A stretch of 63,993 nucleotides of DNA, counting the filler, from Gonapodya sp. JEL0774 (taxonomy: Eukaryota): assembly GCA_027604505.1 (NCBI GenBank). It is 3 parts of 3 records of this genome, joined end to end, with 100 filler letters (N's around TTAATTAATTAA, not from the genome) between each part and the next. Parts side by side here need not be neighbours in the genome. Positions count along the whole stretch, not along the records: positions 27,090 to 53,866 come from JADIIX010000219.1; 2 more parts are not named here. One strand, written 5' to 3'. Position numbers and translations under genes: made by a program. The stretch's first letter is position 1. Each line of letters begins with the position of its first letter. Positions 38,164 through 50,738 of this stretch are shown here, piece after piece. A model generated the notes under the pieces. That model saw only the letters and a list, made by a program, of their open reading frames with translations, was not told the DNA's origin and searched no databases.

Positions 38164-41100
38164 TTACCTCACAAGCATTTTCGATCTCAACATCAGTCCC
38201 TCCAACTCTTTCAACCGTGCATCGATATCCCGTCTCCGCTGCAATAAGTCAAGGTATTCTCTCTCGGTATCCGACCAATCTTCGGTATTCACCTCCCGGG
38301 AGCTACGACGCATCACAATAACACCAGGGGAGGAGTACGCTACATTAGAAGGTGGCGATTGCATGATGTCAGCACCATCAGAGAGTCCGTACGGCGAGTT
38401 TGAAGATGCCATATCCACAAGACCTCCTGGAGCTGATGCGGATGTGGCAAATGGTGACATCTGAGATTCAGCCGTGGTGTACTGCATTGTGGACCGCGCT
38501 CGCTCTCCGGTAGCGGCAGTGGTCATACCACCGGACTCCTTTCTCTGTGTTGGCGTGTATGTTGTCCATCCGTTTTCTCCTTGTCCATTCGAGACCGACC
38601 TTGAATGATTCGCGCTGTCTCTTCCAGGATCGACCGACTTGTCCGTGTTCTTCCGTGACAGCCTCCGGAAGACTCCTGTCGTCCGATCTGGTTTAGAGGC
38701 CCTCTCTGAATCTCGTTGCTCTCGCGGCTCTCGCTGCTCATATCCGACCACTGTTTTAAGCAAGTTCTCGACCGTCTTCGTCATCCTGTCACGCCGTCCG
38801 TCCGTAGACTTTCTCGAAACAAGACTATCTTGCTCCTTATCAACATCGGTCCCAGAAGCCTGGAAGGTGAAGAAGGTCATTGGTCTTTTGACCGACGAAG
38901 CCGTACCATCTCTCCCGTCTTGTGCTCCTTGGGACGCAGCCCTCCGAACATCCACAGAAGCACCCCGCAACGGTGCTACATACTCCGACGGAGCAGGAGG
39001 CCGTCCATCAAACGACATGCTCCCTTGCATATTGTTGGAATATGGCGGTGCCTTTGGTCCGCTAGAGCCCCGATTAATCGGACTGGCAGCACCACCTGAT
39101 GGTCGACGTGAGTGCACAGATGGTTCTGGGCCAAATGAGAATGCTCCTTCCACACTGCGGGCTGCATCAGAGTCACGAAGGCCAGGGGTGCTAGTTTGGG
39201 GGGCACCTATGACGGAGCGAATCGAAACGAGTTCAGCATCACGAAAGAATGTAGTTCCTGTCCCCTCCAACCCACGAAATCCACTCCATGAATACAGTAT
39301 CATGAAACTCACTCCTTTCAATCAATAGATTCACATCTTGCACCCAAGTTCGAACTCTTTCCTCCGACCGGAACTTGGCACCCGGCAATCCAGCCATCGT
39401 GATCACAACTTTGCGCACCGCTTTAACCACACCATTGTCTGCAACCATGGCGTACCGCAGCGCAAAAGCTGAAGCTGTCGGAGCTTTACTGCCTAGGCCA
39501 AACAATCCTCCGCGACCGGCAGGCTGACCATCTTGCTCCCAGACTTCAACCAAATCCTTGTACAGTGGAACCACTTCCACAAGCGACCATGCACTGGAGA
39601 AACTTCCTGCACCGCCGGATTTGCGCCCATCAGCATTGGGTAGGTGACCAATCGTCTTGGACTTCTTGAGTTTCCCCCAAAGCTCGGGTGTTGCCGAGTT
39701 GTTGGATGTGTTGTCCTTCATCGCACCCTCAGGAGCGACTACAACAACCGCCCGCTCGAGGAGAAATACGACTGCTGGATCGTACTGCGCGGAGAAAATC
39801 TCAATTGATTCCGACGATCCCTGCGCTTTTGACGACTTGTGGGCGTAGGACGAACTCTGAGGTTGAGACTGGCCTTCGACGGACACAGAACAATTCTTCT
39901 CGCAGTTGACCAGGGAGCCGTAAGAGTCAAGGGTATTCATGGCAAGACCTGGGATCTGCGAGAGAAGGGTTCGATACAGTATTTCGTCCGGTTTGATCGC
40001 AGAGGCTGCCACGGGAGGCGCAAATTGCGGCTGGGGGGACGGTGCGAAGGGTGTTGCGGAAGAACCCATCGGATTTTGAGAAAATGATGAAGAAGTAACC
40101 ACTGCTGCCGGATCCGTGGTTTGCACTCCGCTCAAACCGTTATTACCAATCGATTCGGGATGTTGAGAGTTCATGAGCGCGTGCAAACCAGTTTCATCGC
40201 TGTTAGGGCGCTGTCGAAGGGCTTCAAGCTCATCCTCAGTGAAAGTTGGTTTCTCATCCGGGAGATCGGCGATATAGGCGGTGTGGTTGGCCGGGAACCA
40301 CCCTCGACGGGGAGGTTGCTTTGACGACACTGGGGATACACAGAAGGGATCGGGCGCGCCAGAGTTGAGTATTTATGGGTTATGGCCAATCGTAAGAGGA
40401 CTATTCATTCAGTGGCACTTACTCCTACGAGCAGTGGTTGCTGAGGAATCGGTATTCTCGTCTCCGGAACCGTACACTTCCACTGTTCCGTACCACCACC
40501 CGCCCTCTGGGGTCTTCTGAACACGGACAATTTCGCCATCTGAGATTGTGAGCTCGTCAGCCCTTTCGGCCTGGTAGGCAAAGATCGTTACTGCAAAAAG
40601 AGTTGGTGCAGTCTGAGAGAGAATTGCAGTTTGAAAGAACGATGAGGTTGGAGCTGATGGTGCTGAGAGTGTGGTGGTGGACATTGGATGGTTGGCGGTG
40701 GTCGCAGAGGTGGTAGTCGATTTCCCAGTCACCGATTCATAAGGCTGATATTGCTGAGGTCCATCGTAGCTGCTCCGCGAAGGGGTGGAGGTTTGGGGCT
40801 TCTTGTTGAGGTAAGGATTGGGGGGCACGTACTCATCATCCGACTTCTCGTCGCTGATGGGAATGGCATATGTCTCCTTGATCTCCTCTCGGCTTGCACG
40901 CGAGTTTCTAGCAGAGGCATCTGGAGATGAATAGTACATCGATTCAAAGCCCGAGTTGGATGCGCGGGTCCGACTGGAAGGGTGTTGTTGCTGCTGGCTG
41001 GTACCGTAACGATTCAGAATTGGCGAAGTTGCCCGGCCCGAAGGGGAATCTGCCCCATGAGGAGGAGAGTTTCCATATTTCTGGGTGCGACCAGTCTTTC

Positions 41101-41626
41101 CCTCCTTGCTCAGCCTGGACTCGCTTGACTTTCCTGTTCCTGTGGAGTACTTGCTCGTTCGAGGGATGGCCACGGCAGAGTCGGGATTCGACTTTGCTGG
41201 AGATGCTGCTCGAGAAGAGTACGACCCCGCTGAATTCGACGGCAGACTATACTGGTATGAGGGGTAGGAGGACTGGTACGCTGGATACCCCGCGGGACTG
41301 GATTCCACTGCCCCTGTCTGATACCCAGTCCCGTACCCATTTTCTCGAGATCGCTGAGAGTAAACCTCCATGGCTTTAAGTCTGGAGTACTCCCCAGGAA
41401 AGGCGTCGGTAATTCTATGTCCCCGATCGATTTGGAGCAAAAGTTCTTTTTTTGGGGAGGCGGCAGGACACNNNNNNNNNNNNNNNNNNNNNNNNNNNNN
41501 NNNNNNNNNNNNNNNNNNNNNNNNNNNNNNNNNNNNNNNNNNNNNNNNNNNNNNNNNNNNNNNNNNNNNNNAAAAAATGAAACTCGGCTCGATATGTCTA
41601 GTATAAACACTCCGAGTCAGACCCAC
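38164..41626 (-). CDS. SH3-domain protein with low-complexity regions and a possible PH-like domain; the 5' end runs into an N gap
   Basis: AVTIFAYQAERADELTISDGEIVRVQKTPEGGWWYG ... RRGWFPANHT (SH3 split by an insertion and an intron); ORFs 40409, 39239 and 38164 on the minus strand. Confidence 0.7.
41472..41571. other. Intra-scaffold assembly gap (100 N)
   Basis: Pure N run with no linker motif. Confidence 0.97.
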
Positions 41627-41963
41627 TAAAACTGTTCTGCGTCTGGTGCTGGGAGATTCCCGAAAATCAACTTTGAATACTTTTCAGTGCCGTTGAAGTC
41701 GATCTATGCATCATGATGTCGGCTGCACCAACCCGCACATCACGCATAACTACACACAACTTCAGCATCAAAAGTCCGAAAGTGTGACAGTCTCGGCTCA
41801 TTGTCCCAGTCAGTAACTCGGTCTTCGACCCGATTGATCCTTTGGAAATGAAGTGTGAAGGGCCGCCGGGATGTTCATGACCAGTGTAGAAAATTGATAC
41901 ATCCAAATTCGAACGTAATATGAAAATGTACATAAAGCCGCGCGGAAGATACGGTTCTCGGGG

Positions 41964-44900
41964 TTACTGTGCCATCACTGCGATTTCACTCGGACTAATC
42001 GCGACAGTTCTAACGGCAATGAAAATGAGGAGTAACCGAATACGTCAACATCTAAAACATTAACGTAAAGTGTCCAGATCCCAAGCACGTACTTGGTGGT
42101 GTTCTCGGTCTTGTAAATCCCAACAAGTCTATCTGCAAGCTCAAACATATTGTTTCGCAGACTGATGATCACGAACTGGGCGTTTCGTGTCCTGCAAATT
42201 CAAAGATCGCAATGGTTATCACCGAAACAACAGAACAATGTGCAATGCGACAATGCACGGGGCAACTCTTTGCACAAGTAGACTCACCGTTCTTTGATAT
42301 AATTGGCGACAATCGAGACGTTTCGGAAATCAAGAGCAGCATCGATCTCGTCCATTACATACAGGGGAGTGGGTTTAAAATGGTGCAGGGCGAAAACAAG
42401 AGCGAGAGATGAAAGGGTCTTACGTTTGGTCATATAAATCATAGGGAACAAGTCAAGGTCTCCGTCAACTCGAAATTCAATACTCCAGAAATTGATTCGC
42501 ACCTTTTCACCTCCAGAGAGGTTCGAAATGTTCTTCCAGCTCTTCTTGGGGGGCATGACCGAGAACAGTATCCCCTCGGAGAAAGGGTCCAAACTGTCCA
42601 CAAGCTCTAATTCCGCATTACCGCCTAAGGTAATCATCTGCATATACACAAAAAAAGAGCCGTGAGCAATCATATCAAGTGACCACATTAGAAAAGCGAT
42701 CTCAGATGGTGTCGCACCTGGTACATCTCCTTGAGCTTATGTGAAATTGTCGTGAATCCTTTCATGAACTCTTCGAGCCGCCTCTTTCGAAGACCCTCGT
42801 ACTCGGCTTTTGCAGCGTCTCTTCGTCGTGTGGCTTCGTCCAAATCCCGAACCCGAGCGAAATACTCTTCCTCTCGGTTCCTGTATTCGACGAGGACGCC
42901 GAGGTTTGGCTGAGCCTTGCTCAGTTTCGCTGGATGAGATACAAGTAGAACAATCAGATACCGCTTTGGTCCGTGGAAACTTGAAAAGCATGAGGGAAAG
43001 AGGGTGAACGAATACCGCTCACCTTCGATTCCCGCAATCGTCTTCTGCAGCTCCCGCAAATCGAACTGAGCCAGCTCTTCCTCCGAGAACTCTGGTAATT
43101 CCTCGTCTTCTTCTTCATCGGAAAAACTTTGTGAAAAATATACTCAGCGTGCAATCGTGTAGGAGATCAAGGCAAAACCGAACAACCCACTCCAATTTCT
43201 GAAGGGATAATTTCGCAAGATCGGCCTGCCAAGCAAGAACGTCTTTCTTTCTTGCTTGAAGTTCCCGACTCATGTCTTCCATTTTGTTGTTCAGGTCAAG
43301 CTGGCGCACAAAAAAGGCTTGTTATGAACTAACAGGCTCCCAAGTCAAGATTAGCATTCGACATACCTCAACGCGTTTAAATTTCTGAATGGACGCATGC
43401 CGCGCCTTTTGTTCGGTGATCAAATTCAGAATCTTCTCTTTTTGTGCATCAAGAATCTAAACCACGGTAATATTATGAACACTACATACCTCAATAAAGT
43501 GATCGTTCATCCAACTTACCTCCTGCGCTTTGTCCGCTTTCCTCTTGATCTCCGCTGCGGCATCCATTTTGGCGTCAACTTCCTGCTTGACTGCTTCCAA
43601 CTGCTTCTCCGCGTCGGCGAGTTCCTTGGCCGCAGCCGTGTTGGCCTTCAATGTCTTCTCAATGAGCTTTTCCGATGAGCTCTTAGACACCGTCGCTTGA
43701 GTGATCTTATCGTTTGTGGATTCTATCTTTGCAACAACGTCCTCAACGCGAGAGCTTTGTGCCCGGAGTTTGGTACCACCAATCTCGAGGATTTTATTCT
43801 GAAGGTCCGCAACGGCATCCTCAACTTCTTGACACGGCTTCCGAAGTGTGACGAGCTCTTTTTCGAGCTTATTGATTGAATATTCGAGCTGTTTCATCCG
43901 AGCGACGTCTCCACTGTCAGGTCGCTTTACTCTACGAAAAGAATGCAGATTAGACAGCGAATGTGCAAACAGTGACAAGGAACCGGGTACTCACACAAGC
44001 TCCTGTACTTGCTTCATGATGTCACCGATTTGTGCTTCTATCGAAGACTTCTCCATCTTGAGCTTTTGGCAGGTAACTTCGAGTCGGTTCAACTCCGTTT
44101 GAAGGTCCTCGACTGACTTTTCAAGTTGTTTCCGCTGCGAGAGAACGTCCTTCATCTTCAACTCAACAGTTGCTTTGTCCAGTTCGATCTTCTGAATGTC
44201 TGATTCAGACGCCTCTCCTGCGCTACTTGCAAATTTCTGGCCCATGAGACCGCGGCTAACCTTGGTACCACCTCCACTCATTGTGCCTGCCGTATCAATC
44301 ACTTGACCTTCAAAGGTGACCACACGCCATCGTTTCGCTCCTCCGAAGGCGATTCGATTCGCGGCATCCAGGTTATCTGCGACAAGTGTGTCGCCAAGAA
44401 CTGCGTAGAACGCCGGTGCGAGTTTTGGATCTTTGGGTTTTACCAAATCGAACAGCCTAGGAGCATTCTCAGGCGTCTCCTTCTGTGCCATTTGTTCTGA
44501 CTTTACCGAGAGTTGTTTGAGCAACAGGAAAGAAGCACGGCCGAGATTGTGATCGCGAAGAAACTGGACACATTCTTGCCCTACTTCCGCAGATTCCACA
44601 AGGATTTCGTCCAAGCGAGGGCAAGCAGTGGAGATTGCAACGTCGTACTTAGTCGCGATGACTCCTAGGTCTCCGAGGCGGCCCTTCAAATTGGCAAGAT
44701 AGCGCCGCACTTCAAAACAAACATGCGAAGCCGGGCAGAAAGTATCAGCTCACATAAATACCCCGAATCCTTCCTGCGTCCCGCTCCTTCATAAGCTTAC
44801 GCAGCACGTTGCCTTGCTTCTGAGCATCCTGCAATTGACTTCTGACTTCTTCCGCTCGCTGGCGAAATTGGTTCAGTTCATCCTTAAGCCTGCCCTCTTG

Positions 44901-47370
44901 AACCATAAGATCCTTTATGGGCGGTTTTGTGTTCAAACGGATAGGCTGATAGCCCGTCACAAGAACGACAGTAGCATACCTCGATCTGAGTTTGCTGTTG
45001 TTGAATTTGCATCGGGATTTTCTTCATCCGGTTCTCGCTCTCTTGAATTTCGGCTTCCTGATGCCTCAGTGCCACAAGGACAGAGGAATGTTAATTGGCA
45101 GACTGGTCATAGCGTCCCAAAACCGCCCACCTTTGCCACATAAAGTCGTTTCGCCTCCTCCGCCTTTACCGTAAGGGCTGCTTCCTGGACCTTGGCGGCT
45201 CCGCTCTTCTCTTCGAGCATCTTCAGTTCCGACACAGCGACGTCGAGAGCCGAATGCTTCTCGTTGCACTTCTCAACGAGCGGGGCAAGCTGTCGTTGCT
45301 TTGCTTCTATTTCCCGCTGGAAGGGTTCGGTTTTGCCTGTTGGAATTGTCACTTTTGTAAATTTTCGTACGACCAGAGCCCTCAATGCGTTCGCACCTCT
45401 CAAACCATCCCGAATCGTATCCAGCACGGTCTCTTCTTTCTCCTTGTCTTTTGCAAGACGCGCGCCTTCGGCTTCGAGAGACTTTAGATCGGTAATAGCA
45501 TTCCGGATCTTTTCTTCGAGCTCAGAGATCTCATGTCGTCCCTTTCGAAGATGAGTCCTGTTGAGATGCTGGTATGATATCGGGTACAACGCTGAAGGGA
45601 AGCTTACAGCATCTCCTTGTTTCTGCAGCTTTTTAATCTTTGTCCTGAGATGCTTCTGAGTTTCCCTCAACTTGATGTCTTCCTTCTCCAGGGTTGCGAA
45701 CTGCTTCAGATCCTCGTTCGCTACCTTGCCAAGTTTCTTAAAAAAAAACAAGGAGAGCCAATTAGGCCATTGGAGAGTGATCGGAGCTAGCAGTTGAATT
45801 GCGTTGGATAAACGTACCTCGTGCTCTTCCGCGAGCTGGCGATGCTCGGATTCAGCTTGATCGATTTCGTCTTGCAACCCGGCGTACTTTTCGCGCTCTT
45901 CGTCGAGCTTCTTCTTGAGCTTGGACTGTGAGATTCGCAAGATAGTCAATGTGTCAGAGGCAACTTGTGTCAAGTCTCTCAGACCAGTTGAGAATCAATC
46001 TCACAGTCTCCGCCTCCAACTCCTCCATTGCAGCCTTCGCTTGCATTCCTCCTGCCTGATAAACCTTGTTGCGCAACCTCGCCAGTTCATTCTCTTGCTT
46101 CACAAACTCCTCCGCCTCTCTCTTCCCCGGTTCCAACGCATCTCGCTCCTTCTCAGCCACGCGTGCCCTCGTGACGGCCTGCTGACGTTCCTCGTTAATT
46201 TCTTCAGCCAGCCGACCCGCATTCTCTATCGGAGTTTGCAGGGATGAGGTCCCTATAATGTCTTCGAGGTATTCGAGCAAGCCTTCTTCATGTTCGTTGG
46301 CAGCCTTTGGCTTCATCTGTGAGATGGATTCGACTTCACCCTTATGTCCAAAATGAAGAGGTAAGAAGAAAAACTTAGAGGTAAGCAAGGCGGATGGGGG
46401 GTTGGTAGTCACCTGGAGAATCAAGAACCGTTTGTGGTCGAGATCCACGCCTCTCTTTTTGAGGAGGTCCGTGACTTCGGTGAAGTTGGAGGCCCGTCCG
46501 TCAATGGTGTACTTTGAAGTGTTGTTCATGAACGCAGTACGGGCAATGATGAGCTCGGTATTGGGGACGATGTCGTATGCGGAGCCGGGCTTGAAGAAGG
46601 AGGGTGATTGGGATAGTGGACGGTGTTACTTGACCAACCGCCAGCATCATACACGATTCTACACCCTCGCTCACCTTGTCGATGATCTCCACGAAGTGTA
46701 CTTCCACCGCGCAATAGTCCAAGTTGGGGAACTTCTGTGATTGGTGGATGAGAGCCGACAGCTTTGGCTGTCTCATTTTGGCAGCACGGTAACCAAAAAC
46801 AAAGAGAAGCGCATCGATGACGTTGGATTTTCCCGAGCCGTTGGGACCGACAATGGATGTGAAGGACTGACAAGAAGATTGAGCTTAGAGATGGAGACAA
46901 TGGTGCTTGCGCGAGGAACGATTAAGCGACACCACGAATCCCTTACAACCGCACCAGTGAGCTGTTTTAGCACCGCGTGCGGGAAGTGATTCAATTGCTG
47001 AGCCACATGGACGTCTTCCCGACACGAATCATTTGACTGGCGTGTCAACCACGATCATTTCCCGACATCAATCCCGCAGCCCCGACAAGAAGGTGATCCA
47101 GACCTTATGGAACGGTCCGACCTCAATTTTTCCAGCGTATGACTTGAAGTTATTAAGGACCATTCTTGTCATAATGAGTCTCTTGTCATGGAGCGGGGAG
47201 TCGTTGAGGAGCATAGAAGCATCTTCGCCATCCATCCCGCCATGATCAGTCGCTGATTGGAGAGGAGGTTCGTTCCCGCTCAGCATCGGTGCGGATTCAG
47301 ACCAGAAATCGTTGGGAAGTTGTGGAGACGGAATGCGTGTCCAGCCACTTTCGTTGTGTGCAGGGACCAT
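41964..47370 (-). CDS. SMC4: Condensin subunit SMC4, multi-exon
   Basis: LNNFKSYAG, GPFHK, VGPNGSGKSNVIDALLFVFG (Walker A), hinge GRLGDLG, LSGGEK, YVMDEIDAALDFRNVSIVANYIKER; last exon KTVAISPSEIAVMAQ*. Start is approximate. Confidence 0.95.
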
Positions 47371-47684
47371 GTGGCAAAGAGCTCCATATATTTCGACGAC
47401 GAAACGCGCGGAAGGGCACATAGATATTCAGCTACCGTATCGATGATTCAATTCTCGCTTCCCGGGTCGTCTCTAATACTACGTCCTGAGAGTTGGACTT
47501 GAGTCTACCAAACAGAATCAAATGAATTCATTAATACCCATATCTTAATGTGGCCTTTGTATTGAACAGCTAACTTACTTTGATTTCGTGAATCAGAGTG
47601 CAGAGTCCACATGAAAAGATGGGGTCCAAGCATCAGCAGGAGCTTGACAACGAAAGGAGAAACTAGCTCCCCCGATCGAAACAA

Positions 47685-49841
47685 ATGACTGAGCAGGAGC
47701 TCCGTACCACAGACGGCAAAAAGCACAAGAAACGGAAGATTGCTCAAGTGGAATCTCCTGCGATCGCTACAGAGGAAACGGCTGATGGAGCGGCAGCTGT
47801 GGAGGAGACCACAGAGGAGCGCGCGGAGAGGAAGAGGCAGAAGAAGCTGAAGAAGCTCGCCAAACTCGCCAAGCAGAACGGCTTTGATTCCAAAGCAGAC
47901 TCGGAGAAGGTCGTCAGTGGCAAGGCGCCCACAATCAAAGGCCCTACCTCTCCATTACCGACCCCCTCTGAAGAAAATGTCGCCGCGTACCTCGAGGAGC
48001 ATCACATTACCATCTCCGAAGACGGATTTACACCGATCCTTGACCTTGCTGCAACTGGTTTTGCTGGGCCAATTGTTGAAGCTCTCAGGAAGTTCCAGAA
48101 ACCCACTCCAATTCAATCTGTGACTTGGGCTGTTGCGAAGGGTTCTGATGGGGAACCAGGACGAGACATGGTTGGAATTGCTCAAACAGGATCTGGTGAT
48201 TACTCATTTACTTGCTACTCTTACTGTTGTCCTGTCTTTCATTTTTCTTCATTTCCATAATCGATTAGGGAAGACGCTCGCATTCGGACTTCCACTCCTC
48301 CATCGTCTCCACAACCATCTAACCTCTTCAACTCGCCCCAAACCTGGGAAATCGTCTTCTGCCCGTCCTCTTTCTTTAATTCTCGCCCCCACTCGCGAAC
48401 TGGCAATGCAAATACACACCACACTGGAACCGATCGCAAAGAGACTCAACCTGGGATGCGTATGTGTCTATGGTGGTGTTCCGAAATCTCTGCAGCAACA
48501 GGAGCTTCGGAAAGGCTGCGAGATTGTCGTAGCGACCCCTGGTCGCCTCGTGGACTTTTTGGGAGAAGGTACCGTGGAGCTCGATAAGGCTGTCTTTGCC
48601 GTTTTGGACGAAGCAGACCGGATGCTTGATATGGGCTTCGAGAAAGATGTCAAGGAAATTATGGGTCAGGTGAGTTTTGTTTGCTGCGGTTTCCTTTTTC
48701 TTTGCGACCTCTGATACCACTGCCGTGTTGTTCTGCCATACTCAGATCACATCCCCCCACCAAACTCTCTACCTATCTGCCACTTGGCCCCCTTCCGTGT
48801 ACAAGCTTGCCTCCCAGTTCCTCACCAACCCTGTTCACATAACAGTCGGCTCCCAGGACCTTGCAGCAAACAAGATGATTGCGCAGACCGTCGAAGTACT
48901 CGAACCATTTGCGAAAGAGAGTCGAATGTTCCAACTTTTGGAAAAATGGATCGGGAAGGGAGGAAATGCCAAGGGGAAGCGGGATCGGGTGCTGGTATTT
49001 GCACTATACAAGAAGGTGATTACGTTTCTTCGTTTGTTCACGGGCTATATCTGATCCCATGGGTTCATTGACTGGTTCTAGGAAGCCGTCCGACTGGAAC
49101 AAGCAATCTCGGGCCGTGGCTATAGCGTGGTTTCAATGTGAGACAAAAGAACTCCTCTTCTTCGCTCCCTCGATCTAGTGTCCGTCGAACATGATCCAAA
49201 ATTTATCTTGCTTCGCAGCCATGGAGACCTCACTCAACCCGCCCGCACTGCCGCACTCGCTAAGTTTAAGTCTGGGGAAGTACCCCTACTTGTTGCCACA
49301 GACGTGGCCGCTCGAGGACTCGACATTCCCGAAGTGGAATACGTGCTAGTAAGCAGTAACTCACGCTTGTCAGAGATGGATATCTCATAGCTTACTGAAA
49401 TTGCTCTTATGGAAAAAGAACTTTACGTTCCCTTTGACGATCGAGGACTACGTCCACCGCATTGGACGGACAGCGAGAGCAGGGAGGACAGGAGTAAGCC
49501 ATACCCTGTTCACATCTCATGACAAGGCGCACAGGTGAGGGAATCATTTTGACTTGTCGCTGGTGCAGCTCTCAACTGACCCCTCAACGATTTGATCCAC
49601 ACGTATAAGCGGTGCACTCATGAACGTCCTCAAAGATGCGGGTCAGGATGTGCCTGAAGGTCGGTAATACATGTAGTCGATTCTCGAATCAACTATTCAA
49701 TTTCAATTGGAATATCTATTCTCGACAGACCTCAAAAGGTTTGGTGGTGCGGTCAAGAAGAAAGTGGACAAGAATTTTGGTGCCTTTTTCAAGGAGATCG
49801 ACCCGAACGTGAAGGCGTCGCACGTGAAATTTGATGACTGA
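47685..49841 (+). CDS. DBP3: DEAD-box RNA helicase Dbp3, multi-exon
   Basis: [57 protein letters not shown]; Dbp3-type C-terminus FGGAVKKK...FGAFFKEID...HVKFDD. Confidence 0.92.
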
Positions 49842-49989
49842 TAGTGATGGACCTCCTGCATTATTTTGTCTCCTCGCGCTGGAGTAGAGCCTGCTTACTG
49901 GACAGGTGTATTGATAAACGCCACGTAGTCATCGAGCTGCACATGCATTCCAGATAAGCGATAATCCCTTCTCCTGCCCCATTCAGACT

Positions 49990-50596
49990 TTACAGCCTAC
50001 GCTCCAGACTCCACTTCGAACTGGTTGCGAAAGCTGGAGGTGCTTCGGCCTCGCCCTGAGAGCAGTTCGGCACGGATAGCAGACAATCCACACGACGACG
50101 CATTGTCAGCAAGGTTAAAAAGAACAGAAGCGTGCATTTGCGAAGGACGCACCACTTGGCCTCTGACGGTACCCGTCAATCGCTGGTCCCGTTCCATCAT
50201 CTGCCGATCCCAATCGTCCATCCGCCATCGCTTGGGCTGGATGGAGTTTCATTTCGAGTACAAGACAGCATGGAGCGTCAGAGTAATGGAAGTACGATTG
50301 AAACATGTGCGAATAATTGGTTGTCAAAATTCCACAAACTCGCCTTCCAATCATTCTCCCAGCGTTGAGCTCCCATTACACCATACCTGGCAACGAGAAT
50401 CATAGCGACCACAGCCGCAAATGGTACGAGCGTGTCAACTGCGAAACAGCCACGGTGGGTTGATGCCGGATGACACGAGACGTGTTGGTAATTGTTTTAG
50501 ACAACCGGAAGCAATGCCGCTCTTGATACCACACGGTGAAAACGCACCGGGAACACGGAACGGGATCTTGGGGAAGCGAGAAGTGAACGACGACAT
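49990..50596 (-). CDS. NDUFA1: Complex I accessory subunit NDUFA1 (MWFE), four exons
   Basis: Spliced: MSSFTSRFPKIPFRVP|VDTLVPFAAVVAMILVARYGVMGAQRWENDWK|PKRWRMDDWDRQMMERDQRLTGTVRGQ|GEAEAPPAFATSSKWSLERRL*; contains the WDxxMMERDxRLTG signature. Confidence 0.85.
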
Positions 50597-50738
50597 TGTG
50601 CTACTGCGGGGTTAGATGGAGCAAGGAGGATTCCTGTTCTCTGTCTTGCAACTGGGACAACGGCTGACCCGTGCTGATGCCGCAACATAAAATCTACGTC
50701 AGTTCAATACCAATAGCCCATCAAGATATTTACACACA